Shown: in pieces, positions 20,540 through 24,135 of the stretch
Layout: each line of letters starts with the position of its first letter
Position numbering within the stretch: position 1 is the first letter of the stretch
Source of the DNA: Octopus sinensis
Taxonomy: Eukaryota
NCBI RefSeq assembly: GCF_006345805.1
Contig: NW_021836421.1
Span: forward strand, 1 to 24,135
Reading direction: 5' to 3'
Length of the DNA: 24,135 nucleotides
Notes under the pieces: generated by a model
What the model was told of the DNA's origin: nothing
Database searches by the model: none
Seen by the model: only the letters and a program-made list of their open reading frames with translations
Position numbers and translations under genes: made by a program

Positions 20540-20960
20540 GACTCAGCCATAGCTGTATGGTTAAGAGGTTCACTTTGGAACCACAAGGTTTCCGGTTCAG
20601 TCCCCACCGCACGGCACCTTATGCAAGAGTTTTCTACTATAGCTCACAGCCAACCAATGTCTTGTAAATGAATTGGTAGATGGAAACTGAAAGAAGCACG
20701 TCGTATATGTACATATGTATATATATGTGTGTGTGTGTGTGTGCATGTATATATGTGTATAAGTGTGTCTTGTTTGTCATCCCTCCCACCACTTGACAAC
20801 CGGCATTGTTTTATTCGCGCCCCCAAACTTAGCGCTTTGACAAAGAAGAAACCAATAAAATAAGTATCAGACGTAAAAATGAATTCGGCGGGAAAACTTG
20901 ATCGATTATAACCTGAAGACGGTGCTGAAGCATGGCTGCAGATAAAAAGAGAAATAGATA
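20540..20960 (+). mobile_element. Full-length diverged SINE family A
   Basis: A-box-like TAGCTGTATGG, B-box-like GGTTCAGTCC, internal TA/TG tract, tail GACGGTGCTGAAGCATGGCTGCAG. Confidence 0.8.
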
Positions 20961-20973
20961 TGTATACGAAATA

Positions 20974-22780
20974 TACGAGGTTCATTCCAGAGGTTTTGAG
21001 ACTTTTTTAGGAGAGGCAATTATGACCGTCCTATCTAACATATCTAACTACCTAGTTAGCTTCCTAATTATCATTATTACTCTTGCTCTCCCTTCCTCTC
21101 ACTCTCTTTCCCACATCCCTCCTCTTCCTCCTATTAGTATATCGTTATTATACATCTAATTAGCTGACCTGCCGACTTTATATTCCCGGTTGAAGAGGAC
21201 GGCAATAACAGCACTTTGAACACGCCCTACTAAACAGCTTGTCACAGCTGAGTGGATTGTAAAATGCTGTCGGCACGTGAAGACAGTTGAGAAGCTCGCT
21301 ATGTAATGAAGTTTTATGTCAAACTGAGCAAAATCGCTACAGAAAATTATGTAATGCTCCTGACTTTATGGATTAACTTTATGAGCCAAGTATCTGCTGG
21401 ATACAGATTAACTTTTATGAGCTGGGCATTTGTTCTTCGCTTGCACAAGGAGTTCAAGGATGGTAGAGAGGAGTTGGTGGAGGCACATGGCCTAGTGGTT
21501 AGAGCAGCGGACTCGCGGTCGAGGGATCGCGGGTTCGAATCTCAGACCGAGTGATGTGTGTGTTTATGAGCGAAACACATAAGGTCCACGCGGCTCCGGC
21601 AGAAGGTAATGGCGAACTTCTGTTGACTTTCTCGCCACAACTTTCTCTCACTCTATCCTCCTGCATCTTGCAGTTCACCTGCGACGGACTGGCGTCCCGT
21701 CCAGGTGGGGAACTTATACACCAAGGAAACCGGGAAACCGGCCCTTATGTGCCAGGCATGACTCGAAATAGGAACAAACAAACAATTATAATTCTAGTCA
21801 CAGAGAGGAGTTGCGAGACGATAAATGTGGGGAGGAGAAAGATGTCAGAACATCAGAGCAGGTTGAGAAACTGAATGAAGATTGTCGGGTGTCTACAACG
21901 ACAATAGCAATACAATAACAGTTTAGAGTTGCTGTAGTAACTGTACATATAATTATTCATGAAGATCTGAACATGTGCAAACTTTGTCCAAAGTTTGTTC
22001 CTAAGAGATGGTTAATGACGAACAGAAGGGAAGACACGTTGATGACAGGAGGGAGATGACTGAATTCATTGCCTCTAATCCAAGAGCACGTGGGTTTCTA
22101 GTGATCTGTGACGAAAGGTAGATCTACTGTTATGACCCAGAAACCAATTCAGAGCGCTCAATAGAAACATTCTAGACCCAAGAAGGCCAGGCAAAGCAAG
22201 TCCACCGGAAAGCTCATGGGGATCCCATTTTCTGACAGCAAGGGCATCATCTACATCCACTGGGTTCCCTCTGGACAGACAGTCAACAAAAAGTACTTTG
22301 TAGACGTTTTGAGAGAGTTCAGAAAATGATTTTATCGCAAAAGGTCAGAGCTCCTCCATTCGAGTCGGTGGCATCTGCAGCAGAACAAAGCACAATTCTA
22401 TCCTAATAAACAACTACTTAACAGAGATGAGCATCAAAATAGGCCATTACCCTCCCCGCAGCTCAGACCTTGCTCCCTGTAATTTTGGTTGTTCCCCAAA
22501 CTGAAGAAGAACCTGAGGAACAGTCGTTTTCAATACTTTGATAAGGTAGAAGAGACTGTGACGATGGTCCTACACGCCTTTATTTTGGAAGACTTCCATG
22601 GGTCCTTGACGGATCCTTCCATAGTTCCTACCATGTGTCCTTCACGAAGTGACCGGAGCGTAATAGCAAGTGCATTGGAATCAGAAAATGCTACTTGAAG
22701 GAGATTATAATTTTATGCTTCTTTGAAACTAGTATAAGCCTCTACTGGAAAAGTCTCAAAGCTCTGGAATTCATTTTGTA
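20974..22780 (+). mobile_element. Full-length dead mariner (DD34D-type) with TIRs and TA TSD
   Basis: TIRs TACGAGGTTCATTCCAGAGGTTTTGAGACTTTT and AAAAGTCTCAAAGCTCTGGAATTCATTTTGTA. Protein motifs MKFYVKL, FKDGREEL, KFVPK, VICDER*IYCYDPET, HYPPRSSDLAPCNFWLFPKLK. Catalytic Asp 2 and Asp 3 appear lost. Confidence 0.95.
21477..21801 (+). mobile_element. tRNA-derived SINE inserted in the mariner transposase ORF
   Basis: A-box TGGCCTAGTGG, B-box GGTTCGAATC, (AACA)n tail. A 12-bp TSD AGAGAGGAGTTG lies at 21465-21476 and 21802-21813. Confidence 0.9.
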
Positions 22781-23057
22781 TTGTATTGGTTATTGACAAA
22801 ATACTATTTTCATTAAACGAAAACTGGCTGGGACCTAGCCTGGCAATATATGATGCCTTGTAGCCGATCTCTATGAAAATATATAGAATATTTGTTATGT
22901 TGATGCTTCTATTAAATGCCATTTTCAACTTATTTCTTGTGACACGCTTGAGTTTAGTAGTACACACATGACTACCTAGTTCTATCAAAATTCAAACTAA
23001 AATATCATGTTTCTGGATTCGAAGCCGGACGTTTCTGTATTAGTGAGAAATAGAAGA

Positions 23058-23094
23058 TACATACATACACACACACACACATACATATATACAT

Positions 23095-23143
<49 letters not shown>
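23058..23143. repeat. (CA)n/(GT)n microsatellite
   Basis: Direct observation. Confidence 0.9.
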
Positions 23144-23144
<1 letters not shown>

Positions 23145-23349
23145 TCCGTTCCCTCCAGCTGAAGCTTGAGCACATTTCTCACAAATGTTTTGGTAATATT
23201 TTACAATAACTATTTGTTTGTCTTGCATTTTCTCTCCCCTAATCTTGATGCCAAAATTTAAGGATCTGACCCCTAATATCTGCTGTCCCCATTGATATAA
23301 GTTTCTTACTGTGGAACTGTGGATGTTGATATACATACAAACATTTAAT

Positions 23350-23390
23350 AATATATAGATAGTATATATATAATATATATATATATATAT

Positions 23391-23442
<52 letters not shown>
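23350..23442. repeat. (TA)n microsatellite
   Basis: Direct observation. Confidence 0.9.
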
Positions 23443-23443
<1 letters not shown>

Positions 23444-23635
23444 GGTAACTTCCTCCAACATTTTACAGATTTACGTTCAACGGTGAGAGGGGGAATAAAG
23501 CAGAAACTTCATCTGAAGCGAAATTCGAAAGGGTTCTTTGTTTTCTTATCTGCTTCTTCTCTTAGTGTGTCTCAACCCCCACCTTTGGTATATTTATTGT
23601 GGTTAGTGATTATACGTATCGTGTGTGTATATATA

Positions 23636-23715
23636 CATGTCCGTGTGTTAACATAAGCAACCACCATTATTTATAAGTATCTGTATATTTTTACAGTATA
23701 TACATACTACATACA

Positions 23716-23754
<39 letters not shown>

Positions 23755-23781
23755 ACAAATTTGTGTATGATATATATATAT

Positions 23782-23833
<52 letters not shown>

Positions 23834-23966
23834 TAAACAATGTGTGTTATGCATGTATATTTGTATACACACATACGCACCGCACGCACACATATATAGA
23901 TTTGACTGTAAAAATATACAGAAACTTATAAATAATGGTGGTTGCTTATGTTAACACGCGGACATG
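23636..23966. mobile_element. MITE/foldback element with 62-bp TIRs, TA flanks and (TA)n-rich interior
   Basis: 23636-23697 is the reverse complement of 23905-23966 with 60/62 identity; TA at 23634-23635 and 23967-23968. Confidence 0.8.
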
Positions 23967-23974
23967 TATGCTCA

Positions 23975-24044
23975 TGAATATATATATGCCAGCGTGTGTG
24001 TGTGCCTGTGTATGTATACATATGTATGTATATATGTATGTACG

Positions 24045-24076
<32 letters not shown>

Positions 24077-24135
24077 GTATGTAGGTGTATGTATGTATGT
24101 ATGTATATATATATATATTATATATATATATATTA
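23975..24135. repeat. Compound (TG)n/(TATG)n/(TA)n tract
   Basis: Direct observation. Confidence 0.85.

Noticed and set aside
23503-23525. CTGAAGC...GAAA
   Set aside because: The core is mutated, stem II has a 1-nt loop, and there is no stem I.
1645-24135. Many ORF-track entries rich in YI, HT, LSIY, ER or ACVL repeats
   Set aside because: They are translations of microsatellites.

Overview
AT-rich eukaryotic non-genic or intronic DNA, dense in microsatellites and transposon remnants. The SINE and LINE families look like those of coleoid cephalopods (Octopus), which I recognise from memory and have not checked by search. There is no confidently identifiable intact gene, RNA gene or CRISPR array. 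Recognisable elements are a Tx1/L1-clade LINE embedded in (GATA)n, two RTE-clade LINE fragments, a young CR1 3' end, two dead mariners, about ten tRNA-derived SINE copies (four with clear target-site duplications, TSDs), a MITE with 62-bp inverted repeats, and a few weak exon candidates. The most interesting signal is at 9979-11034. It is a non-coding insertion flanked by a 14-bp TSD and built from inverted and tandem, circularly permuted copies of a ~340-nt monomer. The monomer carries a type I hammerhead ribozyme (retrozyme or Penelope pseudo-LTR-like). A second, unrelated degenerate hammerhead lies at 906-955. Coordinates of degraded elements are approximate.
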